Positions 52,037 to 60,333 of a stretch of DNA of 64,000 nt are shown here, one piece after another. The stretch covers positions 24,856 to 88,855 of the forward strand of contig CAYPBL010000002.1 in assembly GCA_964408965.1 (NCBI GenBank). The letters run 5' to 3'. Within the stretch, counting starts at the first letter, position 1. Each line of letters starts with the position of its first letter. Source of the stretch: an uncultured Phycisphaeraceae bacterium (lineage in GTDB: Bacteria; Planctomycetota; Phycisphaerae; Phycisphaerales; UBA1924). The translations under genes were made by a program, and so were the position numbers. The notes beneath the pieces were generated by a model, which saw nothing but the letters and a program-made list of their open reading frames with translations, had not been told where the DNA came from and searched no databases.

Positions 52037-54988
52037 TCATGGCGCCGCCGTCACGTTCACGAAGCGCACCCCGCCCACGGGCCCGACCTTGGCTGGCGAA
52101 ACGAGCGTGGTGTCGAAGGTGATGTAGCGCGCCACGGAGAGCGGATGCAGAACGGAGTTCTCGATGAGCACGTCATGACCTTTGAACTGGTGGATGCTGC
52201 CCGCAAAGCCGTCGCGGCCGTCGCGGATGGCGAACTCCTGCCAGGGAAGGTTCACGTTGCGCCAGAGCATGTGCGTCTCAGGTCCTTGCAGCTGGGTGAC
52301 GTTGTTTGTGAGTTTGACGCCGTCGCTCGCGTCCACATCGACGATGGCGAAGTCGCGCAGCTCCTCGTCGCCGGGCCAGGTGGGCATCACCGGGCCGAAA
52401 AAGAACGTCTGGATCGAGTTGAGGTTCGTCCCAACGATGTCGTAGATGATGACGTTCTTGAACGTGCCGAAGTATTGGAAAAGGTCCGTATGGTGCGGGA
52501 GGATGTTGTCGTTGACATTGTCCGCGGTGCACTTGACGATGAAGCGTGAGTTCTGATAGGCGTCGCCCGAGATGTTCTGCACGTGGCAGCCGCGCAGCAG
52601 CGTCGCCTCGGTGAAGCCGTAGATCATGTTCTCAGCCACGCTGTCCGTGGCGTAGTAGCGCTGGTCCTCGAGCGTGCGGACGGGAGTGAAGTACGTCCCG
52701 CCGTAGGTCTGGGTCCAACCGTCCGAGTTGAACCATCGGACGTGGTCGAACCAGACCTCCTGCGTCCCCTCGGGGTAGTAGCGGACGATGTTGGCGAAGT
52801 CCATCGAGAGGTTGCGGAAGCGCAGGCGGTTGGCCCTGGGCCGTACGTCGGTGCGCGAGGTCGGCTTGAGGACGACCTGGTCGCGCGTGAGCCCCTGCCT
52901 GGGCGTGATGGTGATCCAGCTGTCGTTGGGCATGCTGCTGTGGGGATGCCACAGCCTGCCTATGTCGTATTCCCCCGCGTCGAGGAGCACGATCGTGCCG
53001 CCCATGGAGCCCGCTTCGAGCAGGCTGCGCACGCCCTGCATGATGGTGCGGAAGGGCGCCGACTGCGTCCCCGCCGCTGCGTCGCTGCCCGTCAGCGAGA
53101 CGTAGCGCACGTTCCTGGGAAGCGTCCCGCCGCCGTTGGCGTAGAGGAACATCGAATGCTCGCCCGTCTTCTCGACGTCGTCGACGATCGAGCCAGCGAG
53201 CACGCGAGGCACACCCGTCGTCGGCCAGACGATCGCCCGCACCTCGACCAGCCCGTCCGGGACGGTGGTCGCGTCGAGCGTCGCCCAGTATTCCTTCACG
53301 CCCGTGCGCGGATTGACGGTGGGGGCGCTGACGCTCACCCATGGGCCGCCTTCGAGGCTGAAGTCCACCCGATCGATTCCGTTGACGTGGAACGCGACGA
53401 CGCCCACCTGGAACTGACCGCTGAAGGTCTGCCAGGGAACGACGTCCCAGCGGGCGATGGCCTTGGCGTCAGCGGCCCAGGCTGTGGGGTCGCCCACAGC
53501 AGCAGGCTGCGCCGTCGGGCCGGTGAATCCCGAGCCCGGCTGGAGGATGGTCCCCGTCGGCGCAGGCGTCGGATCGGGAAGCGGATCCGGCGCAGGCTGC
53601 GGCTCGGGCGGCGGCGCGACGAAGGCCATCGGGTGCGTCACGTCGCCCAGCACCGCGCCCGCAGCGTCCATCACCATCGCCACGACCTCCGCCTGCCCCA
53701 GAGGAACCGTGTCGAGCATCGAGGCGGGATAGACGTAGGGGGCCGCGGGGTCGGTGAAGACCGCCACCACCTGCCCCGTCGCGGGGAGCGTCGTCCCGAA
53801 GACCACCGTCGCGTCAGCAGGCGCCCCGGAGAGGATCTGCAGCGTCAGACTCAGCCCCGAGCCTCGTGTATACGACACAGGCGGATTCAGGAACGTCGCG
53901 GAGAAGGGCTCAGGGGCAGGCTGCGGATCAGGCTGCGGCGCCGGCGCAGGCTCGGGTTGCGGTTCGGGCGCAGGCTGCGGCGCCGGGGCGGGCTGAGGTT
54001 GCGGCTGCGGTTCCGGCGTCGGCTCAGGCTGCGGCTGTCCTTGAGGCGCAGGAGGCGTCGCTGCCCCTCCTGCAGGGTCTTGTCCCGCTGAGACCGCGGG
54101 GTCCGCGACCGCAGGCGGTTCGTCGCGAGGCGACGCCTGCCCCTGCTGCTCCTGCTGCGCCGCCTGCGACCAGAGAGCTGCTGCGTCCTGGGCCTGCTGC
54201 GGATCGGGAACGGGCAACGCGTCGATGGGGTGGTCCGCAGCGACCACCCACTGCCCGCCGTACTGGATCGCGACCATCGCGCCTTCGTCCAAGCCGAGCT
54301 TCCTGAGCAGCTTGCGCTGGGCCTCGAGCTGCTCCTGCAGGCTCAGCCCCTTGCGGACGAGCTTCTCCCGCTTCCTGGCCAGCTTGCGCTCAATTTTTGG
54401 ATCCAGATCCGCCGCGACGAAGTCGAGCTTCGAGGCCAGCTCCGCATAGGCCATGCCTCCGCCCTTGCGAGAAACAGGCGCAAAGCCTGCGATGGAGAGC
54501 TTCACTCCCGGCCTTCGCGTGCGGATCATCTCCACGATGTCCACCAGGGCCTCTTCGACGTTCCGCTCGTAATCCTGCGCAAAGCGCCTCTGCAGCTCCT
54601 TGTCGAGCACGAGGCTTTCGCCGTTGAGACAGCGCAACACACCGTTCAGCTTGCGCTGTCGCTTGAGCTGCTGCTTCAGCTCGCCCCAGCTCTGAGGCAG
54701 TTGCGGCAGCTCCAGCACGTACACTGCAGCGGGGTCGACGATCTGCTGCAAGGCCGTCGCCGCTGTCAGCTCCCGATTGGCCACCCGCTGACTCGACCAG
54801 CAGAGGTCGTGAAAGAGCAGATCGGTGGGCATCTCGAGCGTGACCACCACGGGATCGGGCAGGGTGGCGACATCGATCTGGGCAGCCGCTGTGGAAGCCA
54901 GAGCCCCCAGCGCCGCCCAGAGCGCTCCCACAACTCCCACCCATCGCCGGAGTCCGTCCCGCTGCCTGCTGGCGCTGTTGGCGGTCAT
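52037..54988 (-). CDS. Secreted 983-aa three-part protein: N-terminal domain, Pro-rich linkers, C-terminal right-handed beta-helix-like domain (candidate polysaccharide lyase/hydrolase)
   Basis: ATG 54988 with GAGGGAG 8 nt upstream. Signal peptide ...VGVVGALWAALGALASTAAAQ. The C-terminus is rich in N/I/F/D with short repeated turns (NVIIYDIVGTNLNSIQTFFFG, NVTQLQG, VLIENSVL). Confidence 0.75.
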   Translation of the reverse strand: MTANSASRQRDGLRRWVGVVGALWAALGALASTAAAQIDVATLPDPVVVTLEMPTDLLFHDLCWSSQRVANRELTAATALQQIVDPAAVYVLELPQLPQSWGELKQQLKRQRKLNGVLRCLNGESLVLDKELQRRFAQDYERNVEEALVDIVEMIRTRRPGVKLSIAGFAPVSRKGGGMAYAELASKLDFVAADLDPKIERKLARKREKLVRKGLSLQEQLEAQRKLLRKLGLDEGAMVAIQYGGQWVVAADHPIDALPVPDPQQAQDAAALWSQAAQQEQQGQASPRDEPPAVADPAVSAGQDPAGGAATPPAPQGQPQPEPTPEPQPQPQPAPAPQPAPEPQPEPAPAPQPDPQPAPEPFSATFLNPPVSYTRGSGLSLTLQILSGAPADATVVFGTTLPATGQVVAVFTDPAAPYVYPASMLDTVPLGQAEVVAMVMDAAGAVLGDVTHPMAFVAPPPEPQPAPDPLPDPTPAPTGTILQPGSGFTGPTAQPAAVGDPTAWAADAKAIARWDVVPWQTFSGQFQVGVVAFHVNGIDRVDFSLEGGPWVSVSAPTVNPRTGVKEYWATLDATTVPDGLVEVRAIVWPTTGVPRVLAGSIVDDVEKTGEHSMFLYANGGGTLPRNVRYVSLTGSDAAAGTQSAPFRTIMQGVRSLLEAGSMGGTIVLLDAGEYDIGRLWHPHSSMPNDSWITITPRQGLTRDQVVLKPTSRTDVRPRANRLRFRNLSMDFANIVRYYPEGTQEVWFDHVRWFNSDGWTQTYGGTYFTPVRTLEDQRYYATDSVAENMIYGFTEATLLRGCHVQNISGDAYQNSRFIVKCTADNVNDNILPHHTDLFQYFGTFKNVIIYDIVGTNLNSIQTFFFGPVMPTWPGDEELRDFAIVDVDASDGVKLTNNVTQLQGPETHMLWRNVNLPWQEFAIRDGRDGFAGSIHQFKGHDVLIENSVLHPLSVARYITFDTTLVSPAKVGPVGGVRFVNVTAAP
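53906..54058 (-). repeat. Low-complexity coding repeat (P-x-P linker) inside 52037..54988
   Basis: Degenerate GGCTGCGG/GGTTGCGG-type DNA periodicity encoding PAPQGQPQPEPTPEPQPQPQPAPAPQPAPEPQPEPAPAPQPDPQPAPEP. Confidence 0.85.
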
Positions 54989-55477
54989 GTCGTGTGCTCC
55001 CTCATCGTTCGCCGCCCTCCTGGCGACGCAGCGTCGTGCACACCTTCATCGTCGGTTCAGATGAGGCCGCGGGCGCCGCTTCGCTGCAAACATGCCTGCT
55101 GATCGTCCGCCTCGCCGAGGCGCAGGAAGCGCGCCTTGCCCAGCTGTCGCCAGAGGTCCATCCGCGCGAAGGAGCCCCTTCCTGCGCGCCAATGAGGAAT
55201 TTCCGCTGGCAACGGGTCTTCAACCCCATGCCCGCGATCCCGCAGCGACAGACGGACGATCCTGCAGGGCGACACCACCGGCCGTGCATCGCTGATCCGT
55301 AGAGCCGCGACGAACAGTTCCGAGAAAAACGGTCCTGCAGGCTCGAATCAGCATGGGCGACCGCGACAAGGCAAGGCTCCGCCCCTCTCGCGCGCACCGA
55401 GCTGGTTGCGTGCGCGAGTTGGCCAAGCTGCAGGGTGTCCGGGCCAGGCGCCACAGCGCCCGACCACCAGCGGACCG

Positions 55478-56038
55478 CTACTCCAGCGGCTCGAGCAGGT
55501 CCGCGTCGATCTCCAGCGAGGTCGCCCTCCCCAGCGCCTGCACCTGGAGCACCAGCCGATCGACTCGGCGTCTGGCGTCGATCAGGCCTTCCAGCCCTTG
55601 CAACGGCCCCGAGCGGACGCGAACCCGCCTCCCCTCACGGAGATACGGATACGGGTCGAACGACCTTTCCTGCTCCAGCGCCCTCCGCAGCTGCGCCAGC
55701 TCCCACGCCAGTGTCGCAGGATCAGGCGGATCGAGACGCTGGACCACCCTCCCCGAATCCACCGCCACATACGTCTCCTCAGGCAGGGCCCGGACGAAGA
55801 CATAGCCAGGGAACAGGGGCGTGAAGACCGTTCTTCGTTTGCCCCCCCACACCCTTGTCCGCCTGACCAGCGGCAGATACTGCTCGACGCCTGCCGCCTC
55901 CAGCAGCTGGGCGACGGCCTTTTCCTGTCTGCTGCGAGTGTGCAGAACTCGCCAGCAGCGCTGCGGCGCCACAGTGTCGTCGCAGCGGGGCGGCATCGCG
56001 GTGTCGGTTGTCGCTGCGCTGCCCACCACCGGCTCCAT
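55478..56038 (-). CDS. NusG-paralog transcription antiterminator (RfaH/UpxY/LoaP-like)
   Basis: NGN domain WRVLHTRSRQEKAVAQLLEAAGVEQYLPL...FPGYVFVR and KOW motif GRRVRVRSGPLQGLEGLI. It is small (172-186 aa; start ATG 56038 or 55996) and sits next to polysaccharide genes. Confidence 0.8.
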   Translation of the reverse strand: MEPVVGSAATTDTAMPPRCDDTVAPQRCWRVLHTRSRQEKAVAQLLEAAGVEQYLPLVRRTRVWGGKRRTVFTPLFPGYVFVRALPEETYVAVDSGRVVQRLDPPDPATLAWELAQLRRALEQERSFDPYPYLREGRRVRVRSGPLQGLEGLIDARRRVDRLVLQVQALGRATSLEIDADLLEPLE

Positions 56039-56141
56039 ACCCCCGACCCGCCCTCCATCGCTTCGTCACACGCCCACCCTGAGCAAGCATCGGCTCGACG
56101 CTGTGGAGGCTTGCAGGCAGTAGATCGCTACGCTGACGCCC

Positions 56142-57353
56142 GTGGCCTGTTCGCCCTTGTCGCCCTGGCCTGCTGGCCGCATCAGCCTCACGGACCCAGC
56201 GCCGCCCCGGCGCCCGTGTCGACTCCGCAAGGTCCTGCGCCTCTGCAGGCGAGGTCTCCTGGGGCTGATCATCGTCCTGCTCAGCGCTCCAGCAGCGCTG
56301 CTCGTCGCAGAAGAGATCGGGCAACTGGTCATGCGCCCCAGCGGTCCGCAGCCGCCCGTCCTGCTCGCCTGGTCCCTCGACAACGCCTCCTGCCCGGGGC
56401 CGTGGCGGCGGACCACCCTCCGCGAGGCCGTCCAAAGCGGACGGAACGGCCCCCTCGTGCTGCTGATCCCTGGATTGGACGAGCCAGGCAGCGTCTGGGA
56501 CGACGTCGCAACGCCGCTGACCCAGGCAGGGTGGCGCCTGCTCCGCTTCGACTATCCCGACGACCAGCCGCTGCTCGACTCCGCCGCTGCGCTGCAGCGG
56601 ACCCTCAACCTGCTTGCGGAAGAGGGCGTGGAGCAGGTGCGCATCGTGGCGCACTCGATGGGCGGCCTGGTGGCGTGGGGGGCTCTGCAGAGCCCCGACC
56701 AGCTGGGTCCCCCGCTGCGACTTCCTCGCGTCCGAACCCTGGTCCTGATCGCCGTGCCTCTCTGGGGCTCGCCGTGGGCGCACCTGCGGCCTTTCGCAGA
56801 GGCCCGGGACGCGCTGGCCTCCCTGTGGACGTGCAGCATTCCGGCGCCCTTCAGCGATGGCGCGGGCCAGGCCTCGCTCGACCTGGCCCCCCTCTCCGAC
56901 ACGATCCTGACCCTCCACCGCCAAGGCCCGCCCCGTGCGGATCGCATCGTCGCGCTGGCGCCTGCGCTGCTGGCTGGGGCCTCAGCGGCGCATCCCCAAC
57001 GGCTGGCTTCGCTGTTGGGCGACGGCGCCGTTCCCACCGCTGCGATGACGGCGCCATGGGTGGACGAGGTGGTTCCGCTGCGGGGCTGGCACAGGGGCGT
57101 GCTGGCGCCGCTTGCGCCGGGCAAACGCCCTGCGGCGCTGGCGCCGCTGCTCAGGGCCTTGTCGCGCAGCGCCGAGCAGGACCGAGAACCAGCCAGACGC
57201 CCGCCGATGCGCAGCCTCGACGGCGCAGCATTGATCGGAACCGACCTGTGCGTTCGTGCGGATCCTCATACACGGAAGGCCTCCGCAGCGCGACAGGACC
57301 CACCCTGTGGAGCGCCCCTGCACCGTGGTCTATGCTCCAACAGCGGAGAGTGA
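56142..57353 (+). CDS. Membrane-anchored alpha/beta hydrolase (lipase/esterase-like)
   Basis: N-terminal TM segment RRGLLGLIIVLLSAPAALLV. LVLLIPGLDE...; nucleophile elbow VAHSMGG. GTG start. The last 70 or so residues are low-confidence. Confidence 0.65.
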   Translation: MACSPLSPWPAGRISLTDPAPPRRPCRLRKVLRLCRRGLLGLIIVLLSAPAALLVAEEIGQLVMRPSGPQPPVLLAWSLDNASCPGPWRRTTLREAVQSGRNGPLVLLIPGLDEPGSVWDDVATPLTQAGWRLLRFDYPDDQPLLDSAAALQRTLNLLAEEGVEQVRIVAHSMGGLVAWGALQSPDQLGPPLRLPRVRTLVLIAVPLWGSPWAHLRPFAEARDALASLWTCSIPAPFSDGAGQASLDLAPLSDTILTLHRQGPPRADRIVALAPALLAGASAAHPQRLASLLGDGAVPTAAMTAPWVDEVVPLRGWHRGVLAPLAPGKRPAALAPLLRALSRSAEQDREPARRPPMRSLDGAALIGTDLCVRADPHTRKASAARQDPPCGAPLHRGLCSNSGE

Positions 57354-57501
57354 GACAATCCCGCCAGCGCGACGGGCGCCTCCTTCGTTCGAAGACGCCG
57401 CCTGCCACAGGGCGCGCCGCACACGCGCAGGGCTGGTCGCTGCACGCTCGGCTGGGATGGACCGCTCGCCCGTGAGAACCCGAACGGATCTGGAGACGAC
57501 G

Positions 57502-60195
57502 ATGCGACGATTGCTCCTCGCCTGCGCCACGCTCGCCCTGCTCAGCGCCCCCGGTGCGCTGGCGCAGTCGGCCATCATGGGCCTCGAGCCTCCTTCCATC
57601 ACGGTCAAGGTCGGCAAGAAGGACGGAACGCTCCTCGACACCAGCGACACACTCGGCGTGGACACCCTCATCACGCCGTTGAACAACTCCGAGAAGGACC
57701 GCATCACCTTCATCGCCAGGAACATCCCCGCAGGCGATCTGATGCGCATCATCGCGCTGAACAACGACACGCAGGAAGAAGCCGTTCTGGCTGAACAGGT
57801 CAACAAGAAGACCAAGCGACAGTTCACCATCCGCTCCAACGGCGCCCAGCCGCTGCCCGACGGGAACTACACCATCATCCTGTCGCTCACGACCCCAGGG
57901 GAGCCTGAGGAGCGGACCACCGCGCTCTTCATGACCATCGACACCGTTCCACCCGGCCCGGCGCCCGCGCCCGATCTGCTCCCCACCTTCGACACGGGCC
58001 TGCAGAGCATCGACAACCTCACCTCGCTCGACTCCTTCGAGATCGTGGGAAACGCCGAGCCAGGCTCGACCGTCTTCGTCGCCGTCGACGGCAAGGTGAA
58101 GCGCAAGGGCAAGCAGGCCTCCTTCGACATCGTGCCCGCCACGGGGCAGTACCGCCTGCTGGTGCGCAAGGCCAGGAAGGGAACGCACGACTACGCCGTC
58201 GTGCAGGTGGACGCTGCAGGCAACGAGTCCGCCGTCGGCGCGCCGCTCACGATCACCGTCGACACCAAGGCGCCTGGCCCGCTGCGCGACCTCGAGGTCG
58301 TCCCCGCCGACATCAAGCAGGCGCAGAAGGGGTTCGTCACCGTCTCCACCACCCGACCTGCATTCACGGGCAGGGGCGGCGAGCCAGGCAATCAATTTAC
58401 TATTATTATTGATGGTAAAGTTGCAGCATCGTCCTTTGTCGCGCCCGACGGCTCAATAACCAGCGGTCCTCTTCCATTCATCAACAGGCTCAGCGACGGC
58501 TTTCACACCGTCACCGCTGTGCAGCGCGACCGGGCGGGCAACGAGTCCAAACCCGCCAAGCCCATCAGCATCTTCGTCGAGCCCGGAACAGGCGGCGGCG
58601 AGCCTCCCATGGACGCGGTGCTCGTCGACCAGTTCGACGGCGTGCGCAACCCTGCCTTTCAGTGGACCAGCGGCGCCCGCGACAGCGCCCTGCTCAGCGT
58701 CGCTGAGAACCCCGCGACGGATCGTCTCGAGTTCACCTTCGCGGAGCTTGAAGGCGACAACGCCTCCGCAGCCTTTGTCAGCGACGGCTGGGGCTTCGAC
58801 CTGACCAAGGGCTTCCGTTTCCGCGTCGACTGGATCTTCCGCTCCAAACTGCAGGTCGCGGGCGAGCATGGCCTGCGCATCGCGCTGGCCGCCGACGCCT
58901 CCACCACCAGCGGCGACCTCTTCGAAGGGGTCGAAGCGGTCATCGGCCGCGACGACTCGGGCGAGATCGTCGCCTTTCGCAGGTTGGCAGATGGCCAGAC
59001 CGTTGAGGACGACGCGACCACCGTCTCCCGCGCCGTCGACATCGGCGCCGTCTACTTCGACTACGACGCCACCAGCGACACGCTCAAGCTCAGCATCTCG
59101 CGCTTCGACGATCCCAACGCCTTCGTCATCGAGAACCTCCGCAGCAAGCTGGGAACCGACCGGGCTGCGCTGCTGCTGGGCGCCTTCGCTGACGGCTTCA
59201 CCCCCGCCATCGCCGCCAACGACGCCCTGCTCGACAACCTCGTCGTCGAGGAAGGCCTGCTGAACACCAATGTCGAGCTGCTCTCCTCGGGGTTCGGCCT
59301 CATACCCACAAAGTCCGACGATTTCAACGACAACGCCCTCTCTTCCGATTGGCTCAGCTTCACCACCGACGCCGCCGTCGTCAGCCCTGCCGAGGCCAAT
59401 AGCCGTCTGGAGATCGCCGTCAGCCAGAACAACCAGAGCGGCGCCGGCGCCACCGAGATCGGCGGCGTCACGGGCAGCGACTGGGCCATCGACCTCAACA
59501 GCGACGCCAGACTGCGCATCGACTGGCGCTTCGACGCGCCGGAGACGGAGTTTGGCGACGTGCGACTGGGCGTGGGCCTGGCCCAGGCGTTCGACCCCGC
59601 CACCGGCGACATCAGCGAAGGAGTCCTCTTCGTCTTCCGCCAAAGCGATCAGGGCGCCCAGGAGGGCGTCGTCGTCAAGCGCTCAGGCGCCGAGCAAAGC
59701 AGCACGCTCACCATGCGCGAGCGCGCCCGCGGCACGCTCTACCTCACGTGGGAAGCCGCCGCCAACCGCCTCAAGATCAGCATGGACGGCTTCTCGGACG
59801 ACTCCCCCACCATCGTCAGCAACGTCCGCACCGCCTCGTTGACCACAGCCAGGCTGGTGCTCTTCGCGGAGTCGCAGCAGCTCTCGCCTGCTGTGACAGG
59901 CCCGGACGCCTACTTCGACAACTTCTTCCTGGACGTGGGGACGCTGACGGCGCCTCCACCGCCGCCTGGCTCGTCCCTCACCGGCGGCCCGCCCGCCCTC
60001 TCTGCGCCGGCCTTCGCTGGCGCCGCGGCCCCGTCTGCTGGCGAAATCAACGCCTCCCCCTGCCCCTTCGACCTCAACAGCGACGGCGTCGTGAACGCTG
60101 CGGACCTCGAGGCGCTGCTCGCCAGATCCTCGCCGCCTCCGACATCTGCGGAAATCCAGGCGCTGCTCAACAGCTTTGGCCCCTGCCCAGGCTGA
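57502..60195 (+). CDS. Secreted surface protein (897 aa): Ig-like domains, two duplicated about 215-aa modules, C-terminal dockerin-like tail
   Basis: GGAG lies 6 nt before ATG 57502. Signal MRRLLLACATLALLSAPGALAQ. Ig-like junctions IDTVPPGPAP / VDTKAPGP with DAAGNES/DRAGNES. Tail CPFDLNSDGVVNAADLEALL. Confidence 0.8.
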   Translation: MRRLLLACATLALLSAPGALAQSAIMGLEPPSITVKVGKKDGTLLDTSDTLGVDTLITPLNNSEKDRITFIARNIPAGDLMRIIALNNDTQEEAVLAEQVNKKTKRQFTIRSNGAQPLPDGNYTIILSLTTPGEPEERTTALFMTIDTVPPGPAPAPDLLPTFDTGLQSIDNLTSLDSFEIVGNAEPGSTVFVAVDGKVKRKGKQASFDIVPATGQYRLLVRKARKGTHDYAVVQVDAAGNESAVGAPLTITVDTKAPGPLRDLEVVPADIKQAQKGFVTVSTTRPAFTGRGGEPGNQFTIIIDGKVAASSFVAPDGSITSGPLPFINRLSDGFHTVTAVQRDRAGNESKPAKPISIFVEPGTGGGEPPMDAVLVDQFDGVRNPAFQWTSGARDSALLSVAENPATDRLEFTFAELEGDNASAAFVSDGWGFDLTKGFRFRVDWIFRSKLQVAGEHGLRIALAADASTTSGDLFEGVEAVIGRDDSGEIVAFRRLADGQTVEDDATTVSRAVDIGAVYFDYDATSDTLKLSISRFDDPNAFVIENLRSKLGTDRAALLLGAFADGFTPAIAANDALLDNLVVEEGLLNTNVELLSSGFGLIPTKSDDFNDNALSSDWLSFTTDAAVVSPAEANSRLEIAVSQNNQSGAGATEIGGVTGSDWAIDLNSDARLRIDWRFDAPETEFGDVRLGVGLAQAFDPATGDISEGVLFVFRQSDQGAQEGVVVKRSGAEQSSTLTMRERARGTLYLTWEAAANRLKISMDGFSDDSPTIVSNVRTASLTTARLVLFAESQQLSPAVTGPDAYFDNFFLDVGTLTAPPPPPGSSLTGGPPALSAPAFAGAAAPSAGEINASPCPFDLNSDGVVNAADLEALLARSSPPPTSAEIQALLNSFGPCPG

Positions 60196-60333
60196 ACTTG
60201 GATGCCCCCCAACAGGCAAGAAGTGCAACATGATTCAAAAACTCTGCGCATCCGCTGCAGTCGTGGTGTAGGCTGAACACCCCTAGCAGACGGTGTTCGT
60301 GCGCTGTCGCTGCGCAATGGAGGACTCCACACG

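Noticed and set aside
53906-54058. Short-period DNA repeat that at first glance resembles a tandem-repeat or CRISPR-like array
   Set aside because: The period is only 6-9 nt, degenerate and in frame. It encodes a P-x-P linker inside a protein, and there are no spacers or cas genes.
55400-55407. AACCAGCT (minus strand) shared between the leader hairpin loop and 44543-44550
   Set aside because: An 8-mer match between a 489-nt and a 120-nt region is about what chance predicts. It is kept only as a note within the NusG finding.
54994-55454. ORFs inside the 489-nt leader (55002..55454 -, 55057..55278 -, 54994..55302 +, 55220..55426 -)
   Set aside because: They have no SD, non-protein-like composition (Arg/Cys/Ser-rich) and no motif. 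I looked for a decayed gene (for example a DNA glycosylase) but could not support one.
55476-55481. GTAGCG core reminiscent of the E. coli ops element (GGCGGTAGnnTG) right after the NusG-paralog gene
   Set aside because: Only 6 of 12 positions match, and it overlaps the TAG stop codon. ops is specific to enterobacterial RfaH, so this is insufficient evidence.
55406-57475. 689-aa plus-strand ORF and 381-aa minus-strand ORF (55779..56924) spanning the NusG-paralog and hydrolase genes
   Set aside because: They are Arg/Pro/Ala-rich shadows. The NusG (NGN/KOW) and alpha/beta-hydrolase (HSMGG) frames explain the region.
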